Position numbers and translations under genes: made by a program. A DNA stretch of 64,000 nucleotides from Anaerolineaceae bacterium (GTDB lineage Bacteria; Chloroflexota; Anaerolineae; Anaerolineales; UBA11657). The notes below the pieces were generated by a model, which saw only the letters and a list, made by a program, of their open reading frames with translations, was not told the DNA's origin and ran no database searches. Positions 40,970-50,940 of the stretch are shown in pieces (the first letter of the stretch is position 1; each line of letters opens with the position of its first letter). The stretch covers positions 838-64,837 of the forward strand of contig BGOS01000017.1 of assembly GCA_003569365.1 (NCBI GenBank). Reading direction: 5' to 3'.

Positions 40970-41959
40970 TCAGGCTGCTTGCTGCGCTTCAAGCGCATCC
41001 CGCAGGCCGTCGCCCAAAAAGTTTATGCTGAGCACGGTCAGAAAAATAAGCGTGCCGGGCACGATTGCCAGCCAGGATGCAACTTGTAGATACTGGCTGC
41101 CGTCTGTTACCAGCCGGCCCCAAGTGGGTGTGTCCGGCGGAAAGCCCACGCCCAAAAATGAAAGCACGGACTCGGTAATGATGGCGTTGCCCACGCCAAG
41201 CGTAGCCGCCACAATAATCGGCCCAAGCGCGTTTGGAAAGATGTGCCGAAACATGACGGCACTGTCATCGGCGCCAAGCGCCAGCGCCGCCTCTACAAAT
41301 TCTTTCTCGCGCAAAGATAGAAATGCGGCGCGCACAATGCGTGCGGTCTCCATCCATGAGAGGCCGCCAATCAACGAAACAAGAATAAGAAAAATGCCGG
41401 TTTCCGGCGAGCCCACCGCCTGGATAACGGAGTCGCGAAACAGGTAGACGATAAGCAGAATTAAGGGCACGCCCGGCAATGAAAGAAACAAGTCCGTGAT
41501 GCGCATCAGAATATTGTCCAGCAATCCGCCGAAATAGCCGGACAGAGCACCAATGAATGCGCCGAGGCTGGTGGCAATCAACATGGCCACCAACCCGACC
41601 GTTAGCGAAACCCGCCCGCCGTAGATGGCCCGCGCCAGCAAGTCCCGGCCGAGATCGTCCGCACCCAATGGATGCACCCTTGATGGCGGCGAAAGAATGC
41701 CCACGTAATCCAGATGGTCAACGAGGGATGTCAGCGTCGGGCTGGTTTCAGTAACCGGAATGCCAGAATCTGCGAGCTGGCGCACCAAATAAAATGGGTA
41801 GAGAAAAGTGCCGGCCACCACACTCACCACCAGCAGCAGCAAGATCAGCGCGCCACTTAACGCGAGCCGATGGCGCCGAAAGCGGCGCCACGTGTCACCC
41901 CAAAGCGTGCGCGCCGGCAGCGCGCCCCCCGCACCCCGGCTGCCGCCAGCACTGCTCAT
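40970..41959 (-). CDS. Peptide ABC transporter permease (DppC/OppC-like)
   Basis: 329 aa with an N-terminal WRRFRRHRLA pattern and EAA region AALALGADDSAVMFRHIFPNALGPI. Confidence 0.88.
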   Translation of the reverse strand: MSSAGGSRGAGGALPARTLWGDTWRRFRRHRLALSGALILLLLVVSVVAGTFLYPFYLVRQLADSGIPVTETSPTLTSLVDHLDYVGILSPPSRVHPLGADDLGRDLLARAIYGGRVSLTVGLVAMLIATSLGAFIGALSGYFGGLLDNILMRITDLFLSLPGVPLILLIVYLFRDSVIQAVGSPETGIFLILVSLIGGLSWMETARIVRAAFLSLREKEFVEAALALGADDSAVMFRHIFPNALGPIIVAATLGVGNAIITESVLSFLGVGFPPDTPTWGRLVTDGSQYLQVASWLAIVPGTLIFLTVLSINFLGDGLRDALEAQQAA

Positions 41960-42919
41960 TTAGTTGTAGCGAACCCGTGGATCCAGCACGCCATACATCA
42001 CGTCCGCAACCAGATTGCTAAATACCATCAAAACTGCAAACACAAAGCTGAGCGCCATCACCACCGGCGTATCAGAGTTGTTGATGGAGGTAATGAGCAG
42101 TGCACCCAGCCCGTTCACGCGGAACAAGTTTTCCGTGATGATTGCGCCGCCGAAAATGGTGGGGATGCTAAGTGCCACCAGCGTAACAATTGGAATGAGG
42201 CTGTTGGAAAACACGTGGCGCAGCACCACGCGCCGGTATGGCAAACCTTTGGCGCGCGCGGTGCGCACATAGTTCTGGCCCAAATTGTCCAACATGGCGG
42301 AACGCGTAAAGCGCGTGAGGGCGGCGGTTTGCTGCACCACAAGCACTGTGACGGGCATTGCCATCTGGCGCAGCTGCGCCAGCACTTCGGTGGCGCTGCC
42401 AAACCCCAGCAATGAGTCATAGACAATCGGAAACCATTTGAGCCGCACCGCAAACACCAGCATCAGCAGCAGCCCGGTAAAGAACGAGGGCACAGAAAAA
42501 CCAACAAAAGAAAACACCGTGGCAAGCTGGTCAAACCACGAGTACTGGCGCACCGCTGCGAGAATTCCGATCGGAATCGCCAGCACCACGGCCAGCAGAT
42601 AAGCAAAGCCCACCACCTGCAGCGTCTGCGGCACGCGCTGCATCACAATATCAATTACCGGGCTGCGCGAACTAAATGAGAAGCCCCAGTCACCGCGCAG
42701 CAGTGAGGTGAGCCATTTCCAATAGCGCACTGGCCACGGATCGTCCAGGCCAAACTGGGTGCGAATAAGCTGGCGCGTGGATTCGGGTATGCCGGGGTTG
42801 AGCGCCAGCTGCGAAAGCGGGTCGCCGGGTGCCAGCGCCAAAATGGCAAAGATGATGATGCTGATTGCCAGCAGCGTTGGCACACTCAGAAGTACGCGGC
42901 GAAAAATATAGTTGGACAT
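41960..42919 (-). CDS. Peptide ABC transporter permease (DppB/OppB-like)
   Basis: 319 aa with N-terminus MSNYIFRRVLLSVPTLL and YVRTARAKGLPYRRVVLRHVFSNSLIPIV. Its stop abuts the next start. Confidence 0.9.
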   Translation of the reverse strand: MSNYIFRRVLLSVPTLLAISIIIFAILALAPGDPLSQLALNPGIPESTRQLIRTQFGLDDPWPVRYWKWLTSLLRGDWGFSFSSRSPVIDIVMQRVPQTLQVVGFAYLLAVVLAIPIGILAAVRQYSWFDQLATVFSFVGFSVPSFFTGLLLMLVFAVRLKWFPIVYDSLLGFGSATEVLAQLRQMAMPVTVLVVQQTAALTRFTRSAMLDNLGQNYVRTARAKGLPYRRVVLRHVFSNSLIPIVTLVALSIPTIFGGAIITENLFRVNGLGALLITSINNSDTPVVMALSFVFAVLMVFSNLVADVMYGVLDPRVRYN

Positions 42920-43004
42920 GTTCCAGCCCGCGTGTACGCTCCGGAGTCAAAGCCGGCCGGCACGTTTGAGTACCGGCCGGCTTTGCATTAATCAGCCAGC
43001 TGGT

Positions 43005-44825
43005 TTATCGGCTCCAGACTGCAATGTTCCAGATGGAGGAGTCAAAAGTATTGTACGTGGGGCCCATCAGCGTCTTCAGCTTGCCATTGGGCGTGCGGCG
43101 ATTGATCAACGGAATGAGCGCCACATCATTGGAAAGCACATCATTCATTTGAATGGCAATCTCAGCCCGCTTGACCGGATCCATCTCCGCCTTGAGCTTG
43201 GCATACAGCGCATCGTAGTCCTTGCTGCAATAGCGCCCGTCATTGCCTTTATTCCATTGGTTGGCAGAAGAGTTTACTTCCGCGCATGTCCACCCTTGCA
43301 AGTACGCCTGCGGGTCTGTGCCGTCCGGGCCATTGGTGTACATCTGTAGATCCGAGTAGAACTTGTTAAGCGTGTCCGGGTTGGCTGGATCACCGCTAAA
43401 GTAAACGCCGGCATCGATTGCCTTGAGGGTCACCTGCACGCCAATCTCTGCCAGGTTGGATTTGATGATGGCCTGCTCGCCCTGGCGCAATGTGTTGATG
43501 GTTGTCACCAGGCTGGTTATCAGCTTCACACCGCCTTTTTCGCGCACGGAGCCATTCATCTCCCAGCCGGCAGCATCCAAAAGTTTATTGGCTGCGTCCA
43601 CGTCACGGGCGCACTTGGTGTTGGGGGAATTAACCGCTGCCGGCACCACAAGGACATTGCAGGTCGGTTCGCCGGTGGGGCCGTACATCTGGTCTGCAAT
43701 TGCCTGGCGGTCTATTGCCAGATTGATGGCTTTCCGCACTGCCAAATCCACAAGGAATGGGTGCTTCTGGTCCGGCTCGGAGCGTTTGGCACCCAAAGCG
43801 GGGTCGGGGTTGGCAAAGTTCACCACAACCCGCTCAACACCAAACGAGCCGCCGGCAACCGAGTCGCATTTGCCAGCCGCCAGAATGGGCTCAAGCACTG
43901 CCTTGGGAATTTGCAGGTTCCACGAGAAGTCCACCTCGCCGGTTTCGCACACGGCCCGCGCCGCAGAAGTTGCGTCCCCGCCGCCCTTGATTTCTACTTC
44001 ATCAAAGAACACTTTATCCGCATCGCGGAAATTCGGGTTGCGGTCGTAGAGCACCACATCACCGGGCTTGAAGTCCTTCAGTTTGTAGGCATTGGTGCCA
44101 ATGGGGGCAATATTGGCTGCCTGGCAAGCCGCATCCGTTAGTGCAGCGCCGCCGATGCATGCGCCATACTGCTTCTTCTGCAGCACCATACCCTGTGAGC
44201 CCACGAAACTGATGAACGGATCAGCGCGCGGCTCAGTCCAGGTAATTTTTACAGTTGTGGCGTCTACCGCATCAATTGCCTTGATCGGTTGGAAGTTGGA
44301 AAGCGTGGTGCAGGCAGTTGCTTCGTCTTTGCAGTAATCCCACGTGAAAATGATGTCGTCGATTGTGAAGTCGCTGCCGTCCGACCACTTCAGGCCGGGG
44401 CGCAGCTTCCAAGTGACGCTCGTGCCATCTGCGGCAATGCCGCCATTGGCCACCGAGGGGATCTCAGCGGCAAGATACGGCACCAGTTCATCGAGCTCGT
44501 TGCGGCGCGCAAGCGGCTCAAGGATTACGGTTGCGCCGTCAAAATCTTTTGTGCCCGTGCCCAAGTGCGGGTTGAGTGTGGTAACCGCCTGCCAATACAA
44601 AATCTTCAACTTGCCACCCGCAGCAGGCGCTTCGGTTGCGGCCGGTGCCTCTGTAGCAGCGGGCACTGCAGTGGGAGCCGGCGCTTCTGTAGCAGCCGGT
44701 GCCGCAGTTGCTTCCGGCGCAGCGGCGGCGGGTGCCGCTGCTGGTGCGGGCGCAGCGCATGCGCCCAGTACCAGTGCAAATAGCACTAGCACTGCGATAC
44801 TAGTCGGTAATACTTTTGTTTTCAT
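43005..44825 (-). CDS. Peptide/nickel ABC substrate-binding lipoprotein (family 5)
   Basis: The start is taken at MKTKVL (44825), preceded by GGAGGAAGAA. It has lipobox LVLGACAA, an Ala/Pro/Thr/Glu linker, and an SBP_bac_5-like body. Confidence 0.85.
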   Translation of the reverse strand: MKTKVLPTSIAVLVLFALVLGACAAPAPAAAPAAAAPEATAAPAATEAPAPTAVPAATEAPAATEAPAAGGKLKILYWQAVTTLNPHLGTGTKDFDGATVILEPLARRNELDELVPYLAAEIPSVANGGIAADGTSVTWKLRPGLKWSDGSDFTIDDIIFTWDYCKDEATACTTLSNFQPIKAIDAVDATTVKITWTEPRADPFISFVGSQGMVLQKKQYGACIGGAALTDAACQAANIAPIGTNAYKLKDFKPGDVVLYDRNPNFRDADKVFFDEVEIKGGGDATSAARAVCETGEVDFSWNLQIPKAVLEPILAAGKCDSVAGGSFGVERVVVNFANPDPALGAKRSEPDQKHPFLVDLAVRKAINLAIDRQAIADQMYGPTGEPTCNVLVVPAAVNSPNTKCARDVDAANKLLDAAGWEMNGSVREKGGVKLITSLVTTINTLRQGEQAIIKSNLAEIGVQVTLKAIDAGVYFSGDPANPDTLNKFYSDLQMYTNGPDGTDPQAYLQGWTCAEVNSSANQWNKGNDGRYCSKDYDALYAKLKAEMDPVKRAEIAIQMNDVLSNDVALIPLINRRTPNGKLKTLMGPTYNTFDSSIWNIAVWSR

Positions 44826-45097
44826 TTCTTCCTCCGTATGCGCGGAAGTGTACCAGATTTCCATTTTCCGCCACTGACAATCGCACCGCGACACTGCGCC
44901 GCAGGTGCCGGCTGCAGTAAACGGCATTCACCGCACTGTTGGTTTACACTTGGCGGAGCGTCGCAACAGCCGGGGCAACCGCGGGCATGTTCGGCGCAGC
45001 GCAAACCAGCTGCAATTCAAAACATGTTCCTAAACCCGCAGCTGTCTGGGCTGCCCAGCAATTCTGTGCCACGGCCGCCAAACCGGAGTAACTGTCC

Positions 45098-45985
45098 GTG
45101 CGCGTGTTGATAACCGGATCGACCGGACTATTGGGGTGCGCATTGCAAAACCAAGCGGGCGCAGACAAACAACTGTACGGAATTTATTATCCGGCACGCG
45201 TGCTAACCAAGGCGCTGCGCGCAGCCCAGCGGCCGGCAGACGTTACAAATACTGAAGATATGCGCGCAGTATTTGCGTGGGCAAAACCGGATGTTGTGAT
45301 TCATGCGGCCGCAATTGGCAGCGTGGATTTTGCGGAGAAGAACCGGGCGCAAACACACGCCGTGAATGTTGGCGGCACAACCGTAGTAGCTGCGTGCTGC
45401 AAAGACTTCGGGGCCCGCCTGGTTTACATCTCGTCCAATGCAGTTTTTGATGGAACACGGCCGCTGTATTCAGAAAATGACCCAGTCAGCCCCATCAATT
45501 ATTACGGCCAGCTGAAAGTTGAGGCGGAGCAAATTTCCGCCACCTGCGGCGTGCCGTGCGCAATTGTGCGGCCAATTTTATTGTACGGCTGGCCGTACCC
45601 GGACGAGCGTGGAAATTTGGTGACTACGTGGGTCAAAGCATTGCGTGGGCAGCAGCTCCAATCCGTAGTGGACAACGTCTACAGCAAGCCGCTGCCGGCA
45701 CTGGCTTGCGCCGCTGCAGTCTGGGAAATTGTGAATCGCAATTGCAGTGGAATTTATCACATTGCCGGTGCGGACCATGTTTCGCTGCATCAATTTGCGC
45801 TTGCAGTTGCAGCTGCGTTTGAGCTTGACCACGCGCTGATACAAGCGGTACCCGACTCATTTTTTCCGCAACTGGCCCCCAGACCGCGCGACACCTCATT
45901 TGACACGCGGAAGATGGAACGCGAACTGGGGCTGCAGCCGGTTCCGCTCGCCAGCGGCTTGCGCCAGATGAAAGCGGACGCCTGA
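45098..45985 (+). CDS. RmlD-like NAD(P)-dependent sugar reductase/epimerase (dTDP-4-dehydrorhamnose reductase family)
   Basis: 295 aa with MRVLITGSTGLLG and YISSNAVFDG...YGQLKVEAE (YxxxK). Confidence 0.75.
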   Translation: MRVLITGSTGLLGCALQNQAGADKQLYGIYYPARVLTKALRAAQRPADVTNTEDMRAVFAWAKPDVVIHAAAIGSVDFAEKNRAQTHAVNVGGTTVVAACCKDFGARLVYISSNAVFDGTRPLYSENDPVSPINYYGQLKVEAEQISATCGVPCAIVRPILLYGWPYPDERGNLVTTWVKALRGQQLQSVVDNVYSKPLPALACAAAVWEIVNRNCSGIYHIAGADHVSLHQFALAVAAAFELDHALIQAVPDSFFPQLAPRPRDTSFDTRKMERELGLQPVPLASGLRQMKADA

Positions 45986-47061
45986 TGCGGGTACTGCTGA
46001 TTGGCCCGCATTGGCGCGCCGGATGGACAGAATCAACCCGCGATGCACTGCTGGCATTGGGCTGTGAAGTTCAGGTCTTCTACTACAACCAAACCGCCGG
46101 CCGGCAGGCGGCAGCGCGCACCCGCACCCGCCTTCTGCAAAAATTATCGGGCGTGGCGCTGCAGACGCCAAACCCGGTGCGGCAGTTGCTGTGGATACTT
46201 AACGGCCGGCAGCTGCATACCCAATTGATGACTGCCGTGCGGGCAGCCCGGCCGGAACTGGTGCTGGTGCTAAAAGGCGAAACCATTCTTCCGGCCACCT
46301 TGCGCGCAATCAAGCGCCCCGCGAATGCGCCGCTGCTTGCGGCGTGGTACTCGGACAATCCCTTTGTCTTCAATGAGCGCGACCCGTATTGGCTGGTTCC
46401 TTACGGCCTGCCTGCATACGATCACAGCTTTGTTTTTGACCACGGTTATTTCCCGCAATTGGAGGCGCGCGGCGCACGCAAGATTTCATTCCTGCCCTGC
46501 GCCTGTGACCCGGCCTTGTATCACCCGGAACCGGCCGAGCTGGTGCGCCGCAGCAGTCTGGAGAGCAGCATCTGCTTGATTGGCACGTTCTCGCCAGCTC
46601 GCGGAGTAATGCTTGAGAGCCTGGCCGGAATTGACAACATTGCCATCTGGGGACCGGGCTGGCAGCCAACCTTGAAGCAGCTGCGTGGCAAGCTCGCCCA
46701 CAATATTTTTCGCGGCGAGGGACTGCCACCCGGGCAGGTAAGCCACGCCTATCAATCAGCGCCAATCGTGGTGAACACGCACGGGCCGCAAACAAAACTG
46801 GGCGGCCTGAATACGCGCGCGTTTGAAGTGCCGGCTTGCGGCGCGTTTCAGTTGATGGATTACGTGCCGGAAATGGAGGCGCTGTTGCAGCCCGGGCATG
46901 ATGTTGCGGTTTACCGAACGCCGCAGGAAGCCGGCACGCTGGCGCGCGAGTACCTGGCTGATCCGGAAGCGCGCCAGCGCATTGCACGCCAAGGGCATGC
47001 GCGCGTGCTGGCCGAGCACACGTACCGGCATCGCATGCAAACGCTGCTGGCAGCGCTCTAG
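45985..47061 (+). CDS. CgeB-like glycosyltransferase-family protein (DUF3880/Glyco_trans_1_2)
   Basis: 358 aa with the C-terminal RAFEVPACGAFQLMDYVPEMEALL...ARQGHARVLAEHTYRHRMQTLL. The start overlaps the upstream stop (TGATG). Confidence 0.65.
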   Translation: MRVLLIGPHWRAGWTESTRDALLALGCEVQVFYYNQTAGRQAAARTRTRLLQKLSGVALQTPNPVRQLLWILNGRQLHTQLMTAVRAARPELVLVLKGETILPATLRAIKRPANAPLLAAWYSDNPFVFNERDPYWLVPYGLPAYDHSFVFDHGYFPQLEARGARKISFLPCACDPALYHPEPAELVRRSSLESSICLIGTFSPARGVMLESLAGIDNIAIWGPGWQPTLKQLRGKLAHNIFRGEGLPPGQVSHAYQSAPIVVNTHGPQTKLGGLNTRAFEVPACGAFQLMDYVPEMEALLQPGHDVAVYRTPQEAGTLAREYLADPEARQRIARQGHARVLAEHTYRHRMQTLLAAL

Positions 47062-47089
47062 CGCGCTGCCCATTGCTGCGCAGTACCAA

Positions 47090-47497
47090 CTACTTTACAA
47101 GCACCACAACCGAAAACGTGGCAACCGGCGGCGTGTCTGTCTCCCATGGCCGGTGATACACCAGCTCCAACCGGGCAGAACCTGACGCGGCTAAGTAACG
47201 CAGTGTGATGCGGCCCGGCGCGCCGGGCAGATTTTTGGCGGGGGCAAACTCCGGCTCTCCCAGCGGTTGCAGCGCACCCGCCAGCGGCTCTACCCGCTCC
47301 CAGGTGTAGCCTGTGCTGGGGTTGCCATCCAGCTGAACAAGCAGCACGTCACCCGCGTTGAGCTGCACCGTGCTGTTGGCGTTGGCAGCGGTAACGATTA
47401 CGCTGCGCGGCCCAGGACTCGAGCAGCCAGCCAGTATTCCGGCAGCAGCCGTCAGGCAGGCAGCTGCCAGCCAACCACAAAAGCAACGGGCGCGCAT
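47090..47497 (-). CDS. Chagasin-family (I42) peptidase-inhibitor lipoprotein
   Basis: 135 aa with lipobox ILAGCSS and the signature GNPSTGYTWE ... RPWE. Confidence 0.75.
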   Translation of the reverse strand: MRARCFCGWLAAACLTAAAGILAGCSSPGPRSVIVTAANANSTVQLNAGDVLLVQLDGNPSTGYTWERVEPLAGALQPLGEPEFAPAKNLPGAPGRITLRYLAASGSARLELVYHRPWETDTPPVATFSVVVLVK

Positions 47498-47530
47498 TGA
47501 AAAAGTATCGCATGCCCCACATAGTTGTAG

Positions 47531-47536
47531 GATAAT
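47531..47536 (+). promoter_or_regulatory. Candidate -10 box (GATAAT), 6 nt upstream of the rmuC ATG
   Basis: The sequence reads GTAGGATAATGGAGCGATG. The spacing predicts a leaderless mRNA. I saw no convincing -35 box. Confidence 0.3.
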
Positions 47537-47542
47537 GGAGCG

Positions 47543-48892
47543 ATGCCCAACCTGATTGGCTGGCTATTACTGGCTGCAACCGGCACGGTAGTGGTGTTGC
47601 AACTTTGGGCGCTGCGCCAGCGCAGTGGCGCGCCCGCCGGCGATATGCTGCGCGAACTGGAACTGGCCGCGCGGGAACAGGAAAAATTTGAGGCGCGCCT
47701 GCGCGATGAACTGTTGCGCAACCGCGACGAGGCCGGCAAAAGCACAGCCCAGCTGCGCGCCGAGCTGGCGCGCGTACTGCAGGAACAGCAAAAAAGCGTA
47801 ACGGACAATCTGGACCGCATCCGGCAGCAAGGCACAGACAGCTCGAAAGTACAGCGCGAAGAACTGGCGGCGCAGCTGGCGCAGCTGGCGCACAGCAACG
47901 AGGAAAAACTGGAAGCCGTGCGCCAGACGGTGGAAACCAAACTGACGCAGTTGCAAACGGACAACGCGGGCAAGCTGGAGCAGATGCGCATGACGGTGGA
48001 TGAAAAACTTCAGAGCACACTGGAGACGCGCCTCAGCGAAAGCTTCAAGCTGGTGAGTGAGCGGCTGGAGCGTGTGCATCAAGGCCTCGGCGAAATGCAG
48101 GCGCTGGCCAGCGGCGTGGGTGATTTGAAGCGCATGCTCTCCAATGTAAAGACGCGCGGCACCTGGGGAGAAATGCAGCTCAGCGCGCTGCTGGAGCAAG
48201 TGCTAACGGCTGAGCAATACGCCAAAAACGTGGCCACCAAACCGGGCTCTGCAGACCGCGTGGAGTTTGCCATCCGGCTGCCCGGCCAGTCCGCCGATGC
48301 GCAGCAAGTGGTGTGGCTGCCCGTCGACGCCAAGTTTCCCAAAGAGGATTACGAACGCCTGAACAGCGCGCTGGAAGACGGCGACAAGCCCGCAGCTGAT
48401 TCCGCGCGCAAAGCACTGGAGCAGCGCGTGCGCGATGAAGCGCGCACCATCAAGGAAAAGTACATCGAGCCGCCGCACACAACCGACTTTGCCATATTGT
48501 TTTTGCCGCTGGAGGGTTTGTATGCGGAAGTGCTGCGCGTGCCGGACATTGTGGAGAGCCTGCAGCGCGACCACCGCGTGGTACTGGCCGGGCCCACCAC
48601 GCTGGCTGCGCTGCTCAACGCGCTGCAAATGGGTTTTCGCACGCTGGCAATTGAAAAGCGCACCAGCGAGATCTGGCAGGTGCTGGGCGCGGTGAAAACC
48701 GAGTTTGCAAAGTACAACGATGTGCTGCAGAAGGTGCGCGAGAAGCTGCAGCAGGCAACCAACGCCGTGGAAAAAGCGGAAGTGCGCACACGCGCCATCG
48801 CCAAACAGCTGCGCAACGTGGAAGAGTTGCCTGAGCCGCAGGCGATTGCCCTGCTTGGCGACGGCGACGAGCCCGCCGCCGACGACGACTAA
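47543..48892 (+). CDS. rmuC: DNA recombination protein RmuC
   Basis: 449 aa with an N-terminal TM, a long coiled coil rich in E/Q/R/L, and a C-terminal RmuC nuclease-like domain (VEFAIRLPG...VWLPVDAKFPKEDYERL...FAILFLPLEGLYAEV). Confidence 0.9.
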   Translation: MPNLIGWLLLAATGTVVVLQLWALRQRSGAPAGDMLRELELAAREQEKFEARLRDELLRNRDEAGKSTAQLRAELARVLQEQQKSVTDNLDRIRQQGTDSSKVQREELAAQLAQLAHSNEEKLEAVRQTVETKLTQLQTDNAGKLEQMRMTVDEKLQSTLETRLSESFKLVSERLERVHQGLGEMQALASGVGDLKRMLSNVKTRGTWGEMQLSALLEQVLTAEQYAKNVATKPGSADRVEFAIRLPGQSADAQQVVWLPVDAKFPKEDYERLNSALEDGDKPAADSARKALEQRVRDEARTIKEKYIEPPHTTDFAILFLPLEGLYAEVLRVPDIVESLQRDHRVVLAGPTTLAALLNALQMGFRTLAIEKRTSEIWQVLGAVKTEFAKYNDVLQKVREKLQQATNAVEKAEVRTRAIAKQLRNVEELPEPQAIALLGDGDEPAADDD

Positions 48893-48925
48893 GCGCGCAG
48901 CGGGTGGCTGCCCGCGGGCTGGCTC

Positions 48926-50773
48926 TTATGCGCCGGCTGTTACAAATGCCACAACAACAATGTAAAGCGTGAGCACCACCGCCATCGTGGCGAGCAGCGG
49001 ACTGAAGGCCCGCACGTATTGCAGCGGGCCAAAGCGCGGGTCCAGGTCGCGCCGGATGAATGCGTACGCCACCACCGATTGCGCCGAGCCGATGTGCGTC
49101 CAGCAGCCGCCCAGCGCGTAGCCCGCAATCTGGCTCATGGAGAACAACAGGATCAGCACCGGCGGCAGCCCCTGAATAGCGCGCGCAGCAAAGTCTGCCA
49201 CCACATTGTTGTCCAATAGTGCCGACAGCACGCTGCTGCCAAAAAATTGCACCAGCGCCATGCTGGCTGGACTCATTGCGCGGCTGCCGCTTTGGATCAG
49301 TTGCTGAAACTGCCCGAAGAATTCGGAACGGGTAAGCAGTGAGATTGAAAAAAATAATGGAAGCAAAAAGAGATACTCGCTGAACTCCACCCAGGCAGCA
49401 CGCAGCGCAGCGCCGCGCATTTTGGGCAGGCTCCAAATTGCAGCCAGTGCCACGGCAAAGCCGGCAAAGGATGCGAGAAAGATTGGCACCTGATGGTTTA
49501 AGGCATGGGCCACCAGCAGCCCGCCAAAGGGCAGCGCCGCCAGCAGGCCGGTGCGGCGCGCCACAATCCGGCGCTTATCCAGCTTGGCCAGCGCACGCGC
49601 AATTACCACCTCGCCTTCATCCAGACCGGGGCTCAGGTTCTGGCTCTCCAGCACATAGTGGCGGTCAAGCGCATCTGCCAGCGATTCGTCAAGAAAGCGC
49701 CCGAGCAGCAGCTTGCGCAGCGGCTGCGCCACGCCCGCGTGCACCAGCGCAAGCCCTAGGGCTTCGCCCGTGCGCGTGCGCTCCACAACCGCGGCTGCGT
49801 GGGCGCCCAGCTCGGCGGCGTGCGCCTCCGCAAATTCCACCGGCAGCAGCACCTCGCCGTGCCGCAGCGCCTGCAAAAAGCGCACTGCAGCGGCATTAGC
49901 GTCGAGCACATCCAGCTTGGCAAGGTCCACCCGCAAGCCGCCGATTTCCTGCCGCAAGCTCCATGCCACGCACGCATACGTTAGCACGGCGGCCGGCAGA
50001 CAGTACAGCAAAAAGAAACCATCCGTCAGGTACGGTGTGCCGCTGGCAGGATTAATCAGATTGGCTTTCATGATGAGGTTGGGCGGCTCGCCATAAGCCA
50101 GCCACATGCCGCACACGGTGGTGACCGCAGTGCACACGATGACCACGTAGCGCAATATTTGGGGCGGCGCCTGCGCCAGCAGCAATATGATGACCAGCGT
50201 GCGGATGGCCAGCCCGATCATGGAGACGCCACTGAAGATGCCGGAGGCCACTGCCACCACGGCTGTGATGGCGATGACAGTGGGCAGCACTGCGCCCGCA
50301 TTGCGGCGCAGCAAAAAAAACGCGGCCTCTTCCAGCACGCGCGTGTGCGCAATGCACGCCACAAAAAATGTAAGCCCAAGAATGAACAGCATCGTGTCCA
50401 GATGAATCAGCTCATCCAAAGCCAGAAAGAGCGCGGCGGGGGTGGCAGTGGCTGCCTGCAGCACATTCAGCCAGCCGCGCAGCTCGGCGGAACTGAATGC
50501 ACCCTGCACGCCCTGCTGCGTCCACGCGCTGCCGGCATAACTTGCGAACATCACAAGGCTCATGCCGTAGGTAAGCGCGTCCTTCTCCAACTGGTAGGTG
50601 AAGGAGCCGAGCAGAAAGAGGCTGAGGATGGTGGCACCGACCTCAACCGGCAGCAGCCAGGCCGGAATGGCAGCACCGCTGCGCGCAGCCACGGCAATCA
50701 CCAACGCCGCAGCCAAACATGCACCCATAAACAGGCGTGGCGGCAAATGCACAACGGCGGATGATGAATTCAC
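48926..50773 (-). CDS. Polytopic membrane transporter, probably ion-transporter superfamily (ArsB/NhaD/CitMHS-like), with a central soluble insert
   Basis: 615 aa with two hydrophobic multi-TM halves, separated by a hydrophilic segment of about 130-150 aa (...VDLAKLDVLDANAAAVRFLQ...KLDKRRIVARR). The family call comes from general architecture only. Confidence 0.45.
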   Translation of the reverse strand: MNSSSAVVHLPPRLFMGACLAAALVIAVAARSGAAIPAWLLPVEVGATILSLFLLGSFTYQLEKDALTYGMSLVMFASYAGSAWTQQGVQGAFSSAELRGWLNVLQAATATPAALFLALDELIHLDTMLFILGLTFFVACIAHTRVLEEAAFFLLRRNAGAVLPTVIAITAVVAVASGIFSGVSMIGLAIRTLVIILLLAQAPPQILRYVVIVCTAVTTVCGMWLAYGEPPNLIMKANLINPASGTPYLTDGFFLLYCLPAAVLTYACVAWSLRQEIGGLRVDLAKLDVLDANAAAVRFLQALRHGEVLLPVEFAEAHAAELGAHAAAVVERTRTGEALGLALVHAGVAQPLRKLLLGRFLDESLADALDRHYVLESQNLSPGLDEGEVVIARALAKLDKRRIVARRTGLLAALPFGGLLVAHALNHQVPIFLASFAGFAVALAAIWSLPKMRGAALRAAWVEFSEYLFLLPLFFSISLLTRSEFFGQFQQLIQSGSRAMSPASMALVQFFGSSVLSALLDNNVVADFAARAIQGLPPVLILLFSMSQIAGYALGGCWTHIGSAQSVVAYAFIRRDLDPRFGPLQYVRAFSPLLATMAVVLTLYIVVVAFVTAGA

Positions 50774-50940
50774 TAGCTACCGAATCTCAAACTAAGTTTA
50801 ACTGCTAGCGCAGCTGTTCACTCGGCAAGATTGGATGTGAACATCCGCACTTAATCAACGCCGCTGGCTTAGGCCCAATCCAACATCTCCCCGCTGACAG
50901 CGCCTGACAGGCGCTGCCGGATAAGTCGTCCGACAATCAA

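Noticed and set aside
44590-44760. Tandem-looking GC-rich repeats.
   Set aside because: They encode the Ala/Pro/Thr/Glu linker (ATEAPA-type units) after the lipobox of the peptide SBP. This is coding low complexity, not a CRISPR or VNTR locus.
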